32,000 nt of DNA, taken from positions 1 through 32,000 of the forward strand of contig JAFKFL010000030.1 of NCBI GenBank assembly GCA_017308235.1, written 5' to 3'. The first letter of the stretch is position 1. The number at the start of each line of letters is the position of its first letter. Under the pieces are notes generated by a model. The model had not been told where the DNA came from, made no database searches, and worked only from the letters and a program-made list of their open reading frames with translations. The stretch is from Alphaproteobacteria bacterium. GTDB lineage: Bacteria; Pseudomonadota; Alphaproteobacteria; Reyranellales; Reyranellaceae. The position numbers and the translations under genes were made by a program. This document shows, one piece after another, positions 18,033-26,040 of this stretch.

Positions 18033-18052
18033 ATGTTGTCTGCAGACAACAT
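18033..18052. promoter_or_regulatory. parS-like centromere palindrome 2 (20-bp perfect palindrome)
   Basis: ATGTTGTCTGCAGACAACAT has the same 16-bp core as site 1, which lies 72 bp upstream. Confidence 0.75.
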
Positions 18053-18133
18053 GCTTAGCCGCGCAAGCTCCGCCAAGCGCAAGGCCTCGGGATGGGCTGA
18101 GGGGGCTCTCGGTAAGGAGTGGAGGGCCTGGCA

Positions 18134-19135
18134 TTGAGCAAGCGGACCCAATCTATTCGATCGATGTTCGCGGCCAAACCCGAGGAGGCGTTGTCTACGG
18201 ACAACAAACACCCCCCGGCAAGGGTGTCTTCCGGCGCGGTGCGGTCTTTGAAAGACACGTTTTCTGGCGTTGAAAAGGACTATCAGGAGCTCCGAGAGAA
18301 GCTCGCTGGCGGCACTGTAGCAATTGAAATCGACCCCGCGACTGTCGATCCATCTCCGCTTGCCGATCGCTTCAGTGATGGAGACCCCCAGTCGTTCGAG
18401 CTCCTGAAGCAGTCCATCGCGGAGCGTGGACAGGAAATCCCGATCCTGGTGAGGGAGCACCCGAGCGAACCTGGGCGATATCAAAGCGCCTATGGTCACC
18501 GTCGGGTACGAGTGTTGAGGGAGCTTGGCCGCCCGGTAAAGGCCTACGTGAAAATTTTGACGGACGAGGATCTCGTTGTTGCTCAAGGTATCGAGAACTC
18601 AGCCCGAGAGGATCTCAGTTTCATCGAGCGCGCGGTATTCGCCATGCGTTTGGAGGAGGGTGGGTTTAAAAGGGCCGTGGTGCAAGCGGCGTTGTCTATC
18701 GATAGAGCGGAGGCCTCCAAGCTCGTAGCCGTGGGAAAGAGTGTTCCGCCCGACATTGTCGAAGCGATTGGACGAGCCCCTAAGATTGGCCGCGGCCGCT
18801 GGCAGTCGCTCGTCGACAACCTGCAACAAGCGGGAGCAGCTCAACGCGCTCGAGCTGCGCTCAACTCGGATCGGGCGAAAGCCAAAGCCAGTGATGAGCG
18901 ATTTGCATTGGCCTTGTCAGCAGCGACGAAAGCGGAACAGCCCGATGGAGGCGTTGGCGAAGCCATCGTTGCGCGAAGCAGCCGCGGAGACGAGATCGGC
19001 AGATTGACCCGTACCGCGAGGCATTGCCGTATCCAAATCGATCGGGAGAGAAATGACGCATTCGCTGAGTTCGTCATTCGCAAGCTTCCCGATCTCTACG
19101 CCGCATACTCGCAAGAGGAGAAAACGGACGAATGA
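18134..19135 (+). CDS. repB: RepB, ParB-family centromere-binding protein
   Basis: Has the ParB box GIENSAREDLSFIERA and EIPILVRE...YQSAYGHRR. The probable TTG start at 18134 lies 7 nt after GGAGGG. The GTG at 18119 in the ORF track overlaps the SD. Confidence 0.9.
   Translation: MSKRTQSIRSMFAAKPEEALSTDNKHPPARVSSGAVRSLKDTFSGVEKDYQELREKLAGGTVAIEIDPATVDPSPLADRFSDGDPQSFELLKQSIAERGQEIPILVREHPSEPGRYQSAYGHRRVRVLRELGRPVKAYVKILTDEDLVVAQGIENSAREDLSFIERAVFAMRLEEGGFKRAVVQAALSIDRAEASKLVAVGKSVPPDIVEAIGRAPKIGRGRWQSLVDNLQQAGAAQRARAALNSDRAKAKASDERFALALSAATKAEQPDGGVGEAIVARSSRGDEIGRLTRTARHCRIQIDRERNDAFAEFVIRKLPDLYAAYSQEEKTDE
18190..18205. promoter_or_regulatory. degenerate parS-like site inside the 5' end of repB
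   Basis: GTTGTCTACGGACAAC has identical 6-bp arms and a non-palindromic centre (TACG). Confidence 0.45.
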
Positions 19136-19165
19136 GCAGGGCATAAAGCCTGAATAAGAACCAGC

Positions 19166-19201
19166 AAAGAAAAAAGGCCCCCGAAACGGATTCCGGAAGC
19201 C
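19166..19201 (-). terminator. intrinsic terminator of the ctRNA candidate
   Basis: On the minus strand, GGCUUCCG-(10-nt loop)-CGGGGGCC forms an 8-bp stem with 2 G-U pairs, followed by UUUUUUCUUU. Confidence 0.6.
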
Positions 19202-19218
19202 CTTTCTCGATCTTTGGC
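19166..19218 (-). ncRNA. candidate repABC antisense ctRNA (RepE/IncA-type) in the repB-repC spacer
   Basis: The minus strand has a TTGACT -35 (19254-19249), an 18-nt spacer and an ATTCTC -10 (19230-19225). About 50 nt downstream is an intrinsic terminator. This position and size are as known for repABC counter-transcribed RNAs. The ends are approximate. Confidence 0.5.
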
Positions 19219-19322
19219 GAGTTTGAGAATCGCACTTCCCCGAATCACAGTCAAGCATCCTTTGCGGGATGAACGTCGGTCTCGGCGGCCGAATTTCTTT
19301 GCCTAGCGATAGGTGAAGGACA

Positions 19323-20639
19323 ATGCAGACACATATTTCAACGACGCCCTTTGGGCGGCGGCCGATGACACTTGGCCAAATTTCAAGTCAGATGACGGCA
19401 AAGGCTAGGAAGCCTGAGGCCGCCGCCCACAAGTGGAAGGTGTTCCAGGACATTCGGGAGGCGCGGGATTTGCTTGGCGCGACAGATCGCTCGCTCGCGA
19501 TCCTCAATGCCCTTCTCACCTTCCACCCCGAAACAGCGCTTACCGGTGACGCCGAGCTTATCGTCTGGCCGTCGAACGAGCAGCTTGCAGCCCGGGCGAA
19601 CGGGATGCCGGCGACGACGCTGCGCCGGCATATCGCCGTGCTGGTCGACTGCGGGCTGGTCATCCGGCGCGACAGTCCGAATGGCAAGCGCTTCGCGCGA
19701 AAGGGCAGGGGCGGGGAGATCGAGCAGGCATACGGGTTCGACCTTGCTCCGATCGTCGCACGAGCTGAGGAGTTCCGGAATCTCGCTGAGGCCGTGGAGG
19801 CCGAGAGGAAAGCCTTCCGTGTTGCCAAGGAGCGTCTGACGCTGCTGCGTCGCGACGTCGTGAAGCTAGTCGAGACGGGAATCGAGGAGGGGGTTCCTGG
19901 CAACTGGGGCAGGGTACAGCAGACCTACCAGGCGATCGTCGACCGACTGCCTCGCTCTGCGCCCCGTCAACTGCTCGAGGATATCTGTGCCGACCTCCAC
20001 GGTCTTTATGTCGAAATCCGCGAAGTGCTGGAATCCTTCACGAAAACACAGAATCCGGATGCCAATGAGTCCCATTCTGGTCGTCACATACAGAATTCAA
20101 AACCAGATCCTACATCTGAATCTGAATACGGCCTCCGAAAAGAGAAAGAAGCGAGTGGCACCGTCTCGGAAACCGACAACGTGCGGAGCCTGCCGAAACG
20201 GGAATTGCCCCTTGCGATCGTGCTGGACGCTTGCCCCGGAGTGCGGGAACTTGCCCAGAGCGGTGAAATCCGACATTGGCGGGACTTTCTTGCCGCGGCG
20301 GAGCTTTTGCGGCCCATGCTTGGGATTAGCCCCAGCGCTTGGCGTGAAGCGCGGGAAGCGCTGGGGGAACAGCACGCCGCGATCACGCTGGCTGGCATTT
20401 ACCAGCGTGCTGATCAGATTGCGTCGCCCGGCGGCTATCTGCGCAGCCTGACCGATCGTGGCAAGGACGGGAAGTTCTCAACCTGGCCGATGATCATGGC
20501 GCTGCTGCGCGCCAAGCTCGATGGACAAAAGGCTTCCAACGCTGCAGCTGTGCCAGCAGCTTCTACTGGAGTGAGTGGCGGCAACCTTCGGGCGTCGGAT
20601 AACCTGCTGAAAAGCCTCAATAAGCCGAAAGCTCGCTGA
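19323..20639 (+). CDS. repC: RepC replication initiator
   Basis: 438 aa: MQTHISTTPFGRRPMTL...DRSLAILNALLTFHPE...VWPSNEQLAARANGM..TLRRHIAVLVDCGLVIRRDSPNGKRF. Third gene of repABC. Confidence 0.93.
   Translation: MQTHISTTPFGRRPMTLGQISSQMTAKARKPEAAAHKWKVFQDIREARDLLGATDRSLAILNALLTFHPETALTGDAELIVWPSNEQLAARANGMPATTLRRHIAVLVDCGLVIRRDSPNGKRFARKGRGGEIEQAYGFDLAPIVARAEEFRNLAEAVEAERKAFRVAKERLTLLRRDVVKLVETGIEEGVPGNWGRVQQTYQAIVDRLPRSAPRQLLEDICADLHGLYVEIREVLESFTKTQNPDANESHSGRHIQNSKPDPTSESEYGLRKEKEASGTVSETDNVRSLPKRELPLAIVLDACPGVRELAQSGEIRHWRDFLAAAELLRPMLGISPSAWREAREALGEQHAAITLAGIYQRADQIASPGGYLRSLTDRGKDGKFSTWPMIMALLRAKLDGQKASNAAAVPAASTGVSGGNLRASDNLLKSLNKPKAR
20040..20170. other. candidate oriV: AT-richer stretch inside repC
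   Basis: By hand count this stretch is about 45-47 percent GC against a background near 60 percent. It contains tandem TCTGAA TCTGAA. In characterised repABC replicons the origin lies in an AT-rich region within repC. Confidence 0.3.
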
Positions 20640-20653
20640 TGGTCGATGGCGTT

Positions 20654-21598
20654 TCAGCTCCGCGTCGGCGCGACGTCGTCATCGGCGAGAAGGCCGGATC
20701 GACGGGCTCGGTCGATGAGGTTTTTCACCGAGGAGGGAGACCATTTGGTGCCACCGCGCGGGGTGCGCTCGTGAAGGCGCTCGAGCTGTCCGGCGACTTC
20801 GCGAAGCGTGAGGTTTGGGTTCACGGCTTGGATACCTGCGACCAGTGTCATCAGTCGATCCTCGGGCAGCCGGGGAGGGGACTTTTTGAGCAGCACTGCG
20901 TCGGCCATACGCTCGCTCACCATCCACTTCACGGCCCGGCGCAACCGCTCCGGCGTCCACTCGAGGCCGCGCTGCTTCAGCACGCGGGCGATGTCGTCCC
21001 AGGTGTGGTCCGGGCGCATGCGGCGAACCGTCGGAAGCCACTGGCTGGCCGTTGCCTGGACCCGATCGCCATAGGCCGCCTTCTGCGCCGCCGTCATCTT
21101 CGCCAAGGCTTCTGGCCGGCGTTCGCGGACACCTGGATTGCCCGGAAGCTTCCCCCGAGCTTTGGCGGCACGAATTCCGGCCTTCGTCCGCTCAGAGATC
21201 AGTGCGCGCTCCAACTGGGCGACGGCGCCGAGCACCTGCAGCGAGAACATGCCCTGTGGCGTCGAGGTGTCGATCGGATCGCGCAGCGAGCGGAAGTGAG
21301 CTCCTTTAGCGGCGAGATCCTCGATTACCTCGAGCAGATGGCTGACGGAGCGCGCCAGACGGTCTAGCCGAACAACGACCAGCGTCTCGCCGATGCCGAT
21401 ATCGCGGATGAGTTTGGCAAGGGCGGGGCGTGCTCGCGATGCACCGGAACCGTGTTCCTGGATGATGATATCGCAGCCGGCCGCGCGTAGCTCGATCTCC
21501 TGCGCTTCCGTCGCCTGCTCATCCGTGGACACACGCGCATAACCGATTAGCCGCCCCTGAGATCGACGGGAAGCGCGATTTTGTGTGTCAGCGGCCAT
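20654..21598 (-). CDS. Serine recombinase (resolvase/invertase family) with extended C-terminal region
   Basis: 314 aa. The N-terminal catalytic motif is LIGYARVSTDEQ, followed by VVVRLDRLARS and the E-helix QLERALISERTKAG. The ~170-aa C-terminal extension is unassigned. Confidence 0.88.
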   Translation of the reverse strand: MAADTQNRASRRSQGRLIGYARVSTDEQATEAQEIELRAAGCDIIIQEHGSGASRARPALAKLIRDIGIGETLVVVRLDRLARSVSHLLEVIEDLAAKGAHFRSLRDPIDTSTPQGMFSLQVLGAVAQLERALISERTKAGIRAAKARGKLPGNPGVRERRPEALAKMTAAQKAAYGDRVQATASQWLPTVRRMRPDHTWDDIARVLKQRGLEWTPERLRRAVKWMVSERMADAVLLKKSPPRLPEDRLMTLVAGIQAVNPNLTLREVAGQLERLHERTPRGGTKWSPSSVKNLIDRARRSGLLADDDVAPTRS

Positions 21599-21880
21599 TT
21601 GCAGCGCCTAAGAGAGCATTTAAAAGTGAGTTCCAAATGCAGAGGATACGCATAACCGTTCGTTTGTAAACGTCTCTTATGCCCCCCTTTGCTGAGGAGC
21701 TCAGCTGAAAATCCCATGAAATCAATGACCTAGGGGGGGTGAAGGCGGTGTCAGGGGACTGCTGTTCAATCGGGAGAGCCACGGCGCACCATACTGTACA
21801 CGCGTCAGAAAAAGATATCCATGTGACGGAAGCGAATTGCGCTATAGCTTCTGTATGAAGATAAATGCGACGTATCTGCA

Positions 21881-22999
21881 ATGACTTATGAAATCGATGT
21901 ATTGCCCTTGCAGACCCTGCTTCCGGCCATCGCCCGGGCCGAGGACCAACTCGCGCGCCTCGACGAGATCGTGCGGCGCAGCGCGGTCGGCGAGGGCTTC
22001 ACAGAGAGGGGGCATTTCTTCGACGCGGCTGCTAGCATGTGGGTGGCTGGCGAGCTCGTCCATATCGAGGATCTGGTTCTCCACGACGCTCGCATGGATA
22101 TCCGGGCGCCGACGCATGAGCTGACCATCGCGCACGCCATTCTTCGATCACGCCGCCGGATCGCCGCAGGCGAGCCGGGGTGGGCTCTCAGCGAGTCTGG
22201 CGTCGCGTCGCTTGCTGGAACGACCGCTGTCAAGCCGGAACCCGATCCTGTTCCGGTCGAGCGGGAAGGGGAGAAGGCGCGGGATCCCGATGACCACGAT
22301 GACGACCCACTCTTCCGCGAGTTCGCCCATATCGACGCCATCATCAATCGCTCGCAGCGAATTCTGGACGGAATAGCCGACGGCTCAATGCCGGGGCCGC
22401 TTGAACGACCGTCATTGTCCGTCGGCGATCTCGTCATCCGGGATCCGGACTGGGACGAGCGCGAGCGGATGGCGCAATGGCGGGCTGTGCTGAAGGAGAC
22501 CGAAAGTCTGCCGCCCACGCTCTCCGCGGCGCTCCTGTTCGATGCGTGGGAGACCATTGAGCCTCTACAACGGCAGCATCCGCTCGGCGGTCAGCTCGTC
22601 GCGGCCCACTTGCGCGCGCGTGGAAAGGTTGCGTCGCACCTGCCTGGGTTTCATGTCGGGCTAAAGGCTATTCCGCGGGAGCGCCGACGCGCGCACGGGA
22701 GGACGACGCGGCTGTTTGCTTTCCTCGACGCGCTGTCGGCCGCGGCTGAGGCCGGTATGAAAGAGATCGTCCGACTCGGTCAGGCGCGAGAGCAGATGGA
22801 ACGGAAGGTGAGAGGGCGGCGGTCCTCAAGTAGCTTGCCGGCTGTGATCGATCTGATTCTCGCGAGACCGATTGTCTCGGCGGCGACAGTCGCGCAGGCG
22901 GCGGACGTCACGCCCCGCGGCGCCCTGAACCTACTCGCGGAGCTCGGCGTCAGAGAATGCACCGGGCGGGGCCGTTATCGTGCTTGGGGTTTGCCCTAA
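21881..22999 (+). CDS. Hypothetical protein; resembles rhizobial plasmid DUF1612-type proteins with a C-terminal winged-helix HTH
   Basis: 372-aa ORF divergent from the recombinase. The C-terminus LPAVIDLILARPIVSAATVAQAADVTPRGALNLLAELGVRE looks like an HTH. The family call is from memory of this gene pair on Rhizobium plasmids and is not verified. Confidence 0.55.
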   Translation: MTYEIDVLPLQTLLPAIARAEDQLARLDEIVRRSAVGEGFTERGHFFDAAASMWVAGELVHIEDLVLHDARMDIRAPTHELTIAHAILRSRRRIAAGEPGWALSESGVASLAGTTAVKPEPDPVPVEREGEKARDPDDHDDDPLFREFAHIDAIINRSQRILDGIADGSMPGPLERPSLSVGDLVIRDPDWDERERMAQWRAVLKETESLPPTLSAALLFDAWETIEPLQRQHPLGGQLVAAHLRARGKVASHLPGFHVGLKAIPRERRRAHGRTTRLFAFLDALSAAAEAGMKEIVRLGQAREQMERKVRGRRSSSSLPAVIDLILARPIVSAATVAQAADVTPRGALNLLAELGVRECTGRGRYRAWGLP

Positions 23000-23013
23000 C
23001 GACCCATCGCCCG

Positions 23014-24561
23014 TCATGCGTCTATGGGTTCTTGGGAGAACGTCCTATGTAGAGGTAGCGTGAGGGCGGCAGTATACGATCGCCCGCGTTGGCCGTCGAA
23101 ATCAAACTCGTAGAGGCAGATCCTGCCCAGGGCTGTCTGGCGCTGCCCGAAGAAAAAGGTGAAGGCGTTTGGCGCGGCCACGAAGAGATGTGTCAATCCG
23201 GCGCCGCCGGCCTTTGCGTCCCGTATCGCTCCGCTGGCCGCGTCCGCGAGTTCGAATGCATGCCGTCCGCATATCACCGATTGCGCGCCCGGTCCTGTGT
23301 CGGGCTTGAGAACGAGGAGACGGCCTGCCGTGGAGAGCGTGGTTTCGCAATAGCGCTGGACGTCGGCCGTGACGTCATGCGTGAGCCCGATGGCTACGGC
23401 GAGGTCTGACCCGTCCGGTCGCAATTCTATGAGCTCGGCCTTGAGGGTGGGCCATGTGGAATCCGAGGTCGCGTCGTCGGCCGACCAGATACGGCGACCA
23501 GTCCCTCGCTGCTCCAGCTCGACCTGGCGCCCCGACTTGATATTGATCACCGATCCTGCCGCGAAGGCCAGCGTAACGTGGGCATCGAGTGCAAGTCGGA
23601 GGCGCGGCTCATTCTTGGCTGCCGTGAGAAGGAAAGCTCTCAGTTCTGGATAGAGTTTTGCTTCCCAATCCGCATCACTGCGGATGTAACGCTCGTCAAA
23701 GGACGGGATCAGGTCGAGGACGAGGTGACAGCGTTCCTCCAGTTTATCGAAGGCATGCTCAAAGGACTTTACGCCGTAGACTTTGGGCCCGCCCTCAGCC
23801 GATCCCAGAATATCTTCCCGAGCGCAGACCGCGCGGAAGCTCGCCCGGTCAAATTCCAGTCGTCCCTGCGCCATCCATTGGAAAACGATATCGTCATATG
23901 GAAACGCGCTTCGGTTCGCGGGGATGCGTTTCAGGCCTACCAATCCGAAGAGGATGTCGAGCTGATCGCGCAGGCCATCCAGGGTGTCGGTCGCCTCGCC
24001 GAACGCCAGCGTCCGCGCCAGAATGCGCAGCTCCGCCTCGTCGATGCCGAGGTGCTCTCGCCACGCCTTGCGCACGGAGCCAGCCTTGCTGTTGTCGGTC
24101 ACCGAACCATAGAGGCGATCGAGACGCATGGCGCCTGAACGCATCCCCACCATCTGACGCAAGGGATCGGCCCGGTCGAGGCGCCAGTTGGTCACCAGCT
24201 TGAACCGTACACCGCTTCCGGCTGGAGCATAGCTGAGCTGCGCCTCCCGGGCCCGCTGTAGCAAGGAGCGAGCATTTGCGTTGATGAACTCGGGATCGAC
24301 GAGGTGGGAATAGCCATAATTGTCGGGCGTCACATGCCACTTGCACTGCATGTGCTCTCGCAGCAAGGGTTCGCCATACTGATCCGAGGCGCAGCGCACC
24401 GGATCATATTCGACCCAGATGTCGTCGAAGCTTTTCGGCCCGCTCTCGAATCCCACCTTTGTGACGGGACTTACCGGATCCAACAAGCGCGCGGCATGCC
24501 ACCAGAAGAGCCGGGCCTGGAAGGTGTCGCCATCGCGACGAACGGTCACCGCCTGCGTCAT
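23014..24561 (-). CDS. cap4: CBASS effector: restriction-endonuclease-like nuclease fused to a SAVED sensor domain (Cap4-like)
   Basis: 515 aa. The N-domain has GDTFQARLFWWH, D(D)IWVEY and EHMQCKW, which together read as a PD-(D/E)xK-like motif. The C-terminal half ends with the SAVED-typical LTHLFVAAPNAFTFFFGQ. It is the last gene of an operon with a CD-NTase. SD GAGGTG lies 6 nt before the ATG. Confidence 0.78.
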   Translation of the reverse strand: MTQAVTVRRDGDTFQARLFWWHAARLLDPVSPVTKVGFESGPKSFDDIWVEYDPVRCASDQYGEPLLREHMQCKWHVTPDNYGYSHLVDPEFINANARSLLQRAREAQLSYAPAGSGVRFKLVTNWRLDRADPLRQMVGMRSGAMRLDRLYGSVTDNSKAGSVRKAWREHLGIDEAELRILARTLAFGEATDTLDGLRDQLDILFGLVGLKRIPANRSAFPYDDIVFQWMAQGRLEFDRASFRAVCAREDILGSAEGGPKVYGVKSFEHAFDKLEERCHLVLDLIPSFDERYIRSDADWEAKLYPELRAFLLTAAKNEPRLRLALDAHVTLAFAAGSVINIKSGRQVELEQRGTGRRIWSADDATSDSTWPTLKAELIELRPDGSDLAVAIGLTHDVTADVQRYCETTLSTAGRLLVLKPDTGPGAQSVICGRHAFELADAASGAIRDAKAGGAGLTHLFVAAPNAFTFFFGQRQTALGRICLYEFDFDGQRGRSYTAALTLPLHRTFSQEPIDA

Positions 24562-24570
24562 GCGTTCACC

Positions 24571-25518
24571 TCAGATCGCAGTCTCGCCGTCCCGGAAGGG
24601 AGGCGTCGGAACCATCGCGCGAGCGATCTCCACCGCGCGGGCGCCATCGATTGGTTTCGACGGATAGGCGTCGAGCACGATAGCCGGGAGCAGTCTCTGG
24701 GTGAGGTCAGAAAAGGTGAAGCCATACTCGCGGCCGCCGCGTTGTGGCCCGGTCGCGGTGACCAGGGCGTCAATCTGCTGGCGGGCGAGACCAATCGGTT
24801 GCAGCCGGGCGGTGAGGACGAAGCGACGCTGCTCGTCGCCGGGACGTTCGAAACTCAGAATGTCGGCCGCCCTGCGGCGCACTGCGGGGTCGAGCGCGCT
24901 GATCCGGTTCGTGCACATCAAAACCGCCGCGGGAAGTTTCGCATTGGCGATACGGTCGATTCCCCGGATGAAAGCGTTCACGCCCGCCTTGTCTTCATGA
25001 TGCATCTGGGCTGCCTCACGCGATTGGGCGAGGGCGTCTGCTTCATCGACGAGCAGGATGACGGCGCCGCGGGCCTTGCCCGACGGGGACTTGAGCTTGG
25101 TCGCCTCCGCCACGGTGTAGTCGAAGGCGGCGGAGATCAGCTGCGTCATCTCGCCGACGCGCCCTTGTCCCCGCGTCGAGAGGCTGAGGGGCAGGAGCGT
25201 GATGTCGATCTTCTCCTGCCGGGCCACCGCGTCGCCAATCGTCTCGGCGAGCTCTGTCTTGCCCGAGCCGACGTCGCCGGCGAGAACCACAAGCGGGGGG
25301 CGCCGCAACACAGTGTCGAGAAGCGAATCGGCATCGGGATGATGCTGGCGCGCCCAGGCCATAAGACCCGTCGGGTTGACGAGCAGACCGAGAATCTTTG
25401 CCAGCCGATTTTTTTGATCGTCGAGGCCAACCAGCCGCGCGAGCCTAGCCTGCGGATCGAAGTCGGGATATGTGATGCGCCGTTCGAAGAGTTCGTCCAG
25501 TGTCGGCTTCGTGCTCAT
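24571..25518 (-). CDS. cap6: TRIP13/Pch2-like AAA+ ATPase (Cap6-like)
   Basis: 315 aa from ATG 25518, which overlaps the upstream stop (ATGA). Walker A LAGDVGSGKTE and Walker B VILLVDEADAL. Its position after the HORMA-sized gene is typical of type III CBASS. Confidence 0.78.
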   Translation of the reverse strand: MSTKPTLDELFERRITYPDFDPQARLARLVGLDDQKNRLAKILGLLVNPTGLMAWARQHHPDADSLLDTVLRRPPLVVLAGDVGSGKTELAETIGDAVARQEKIDITLLPLSLSTRGQGRVGEMTQLISAAFDYTVAEATKLKSPSGKARGAVILLVDEADALAQSREAAQMHHEDKAGVNAFIRGIDRIANAKLPAAVLMCTNRISALDPAVRRRAADILSFERPGDEQRRFVLTARLQPIGLARQQIDALVTATGPQRGGREYGFTFSDLTQRLLPAIVLDAYPSKPIDGARAVEIARAMVPTPPFRDGETAI

Positions 25519-26033
25519 CAGAAACTCCTCACAGTCGCGCGGTCGAGGGCCTTGCCGCCGGACGAATAGGTCCGGTCGCTGGCGAGATAGCCGGTGATGC
25601 CGGGTTCGGCCGCTCCGCCTCGGGAAATCGGGAGCGTCTTCTCGAAGGCGTCGCGCTCCGCCTGGGTCAACTGACTCCACGCGGCACTGTGGGTCAGGTA
25701 GCTTTTGAAGACCGCGCCGCTGACATTGGCGTTGTGGCGCACACGGCCGGGATCGTCGTCATTGGCGGATGACCCGGCGAGATCCTTTGCCGTATAGCGC
25801 AGTGTGGGCTCGATCCAGTTTCCGTCTTTTTGGAAGCCATAGGTGACGGTGCCCAGATAACCGGCCCGGATCAGTTCGGTCACTTCCGCCTCGAACTGTG
25901 CAATGCGCTCGTCGGACGGGCTGCCGTAGAAACGCTGCATGCGCTTGAGATCCGCCGCGACCTTGGCGGCCATGTGCCGCGCATGGGTGACCGTGAAGGT
26001 CGCGGTTTCCGTGTAGCTGTAGCTTGTGGACAT
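25518..26033 (-). CDS. cap7: Bacterial HORMA-domain protein (Cap7-like)
   Basis: 171 aa with no enzymatic motifs, sandwiched between the CD-NTase and the AAA+ ATPase with tight coupling. Size and position are diagnostic of type III CBASS HORMA proteins. The fold is not verifiable by eye. Confidence 0.68.
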   Translation of the reverse strand: MSTSYSYTETATFTVTHARHMAAKVAADLKRMQRFYGSPSDERIAQFEAEVTELIRAGYLGTVTYGFQKDGNWIEPTLRYTAKDLAGSSANDDDPGRVRHNANVSGAVFKSYLTHSAAWSQLTQAERDAFEKTLPISRGGAAEPGITGYLASDRTYSSGGKALDRATVRSF

Positions 26034-26040
26034 GGCGACC

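Noticed and set aside
17913-18137. 74-aa ORF in the repA-repB spacer
   Set aside because: Its repeated LSADN peptide is just a translation of the parS palindromes. It has no SD and an Ala/Ser/Arg-rich composition.
20654-21598. Serine recombinase as part of a Tn3-family transposon or an integrated element
   Set aside because: No transposase gene and no terminal inverted repeats or flanking direct repeats are visible in the window. It was treated as a plasmid resolution-type recombinase.
24571-25680. 369-aa version of the AAA+ ATPase
   Set aside because: The 54 extra codons overlap the HORMA gene out of frame. ATG 25518 forms an ATGA overlap with the HORMA stop.
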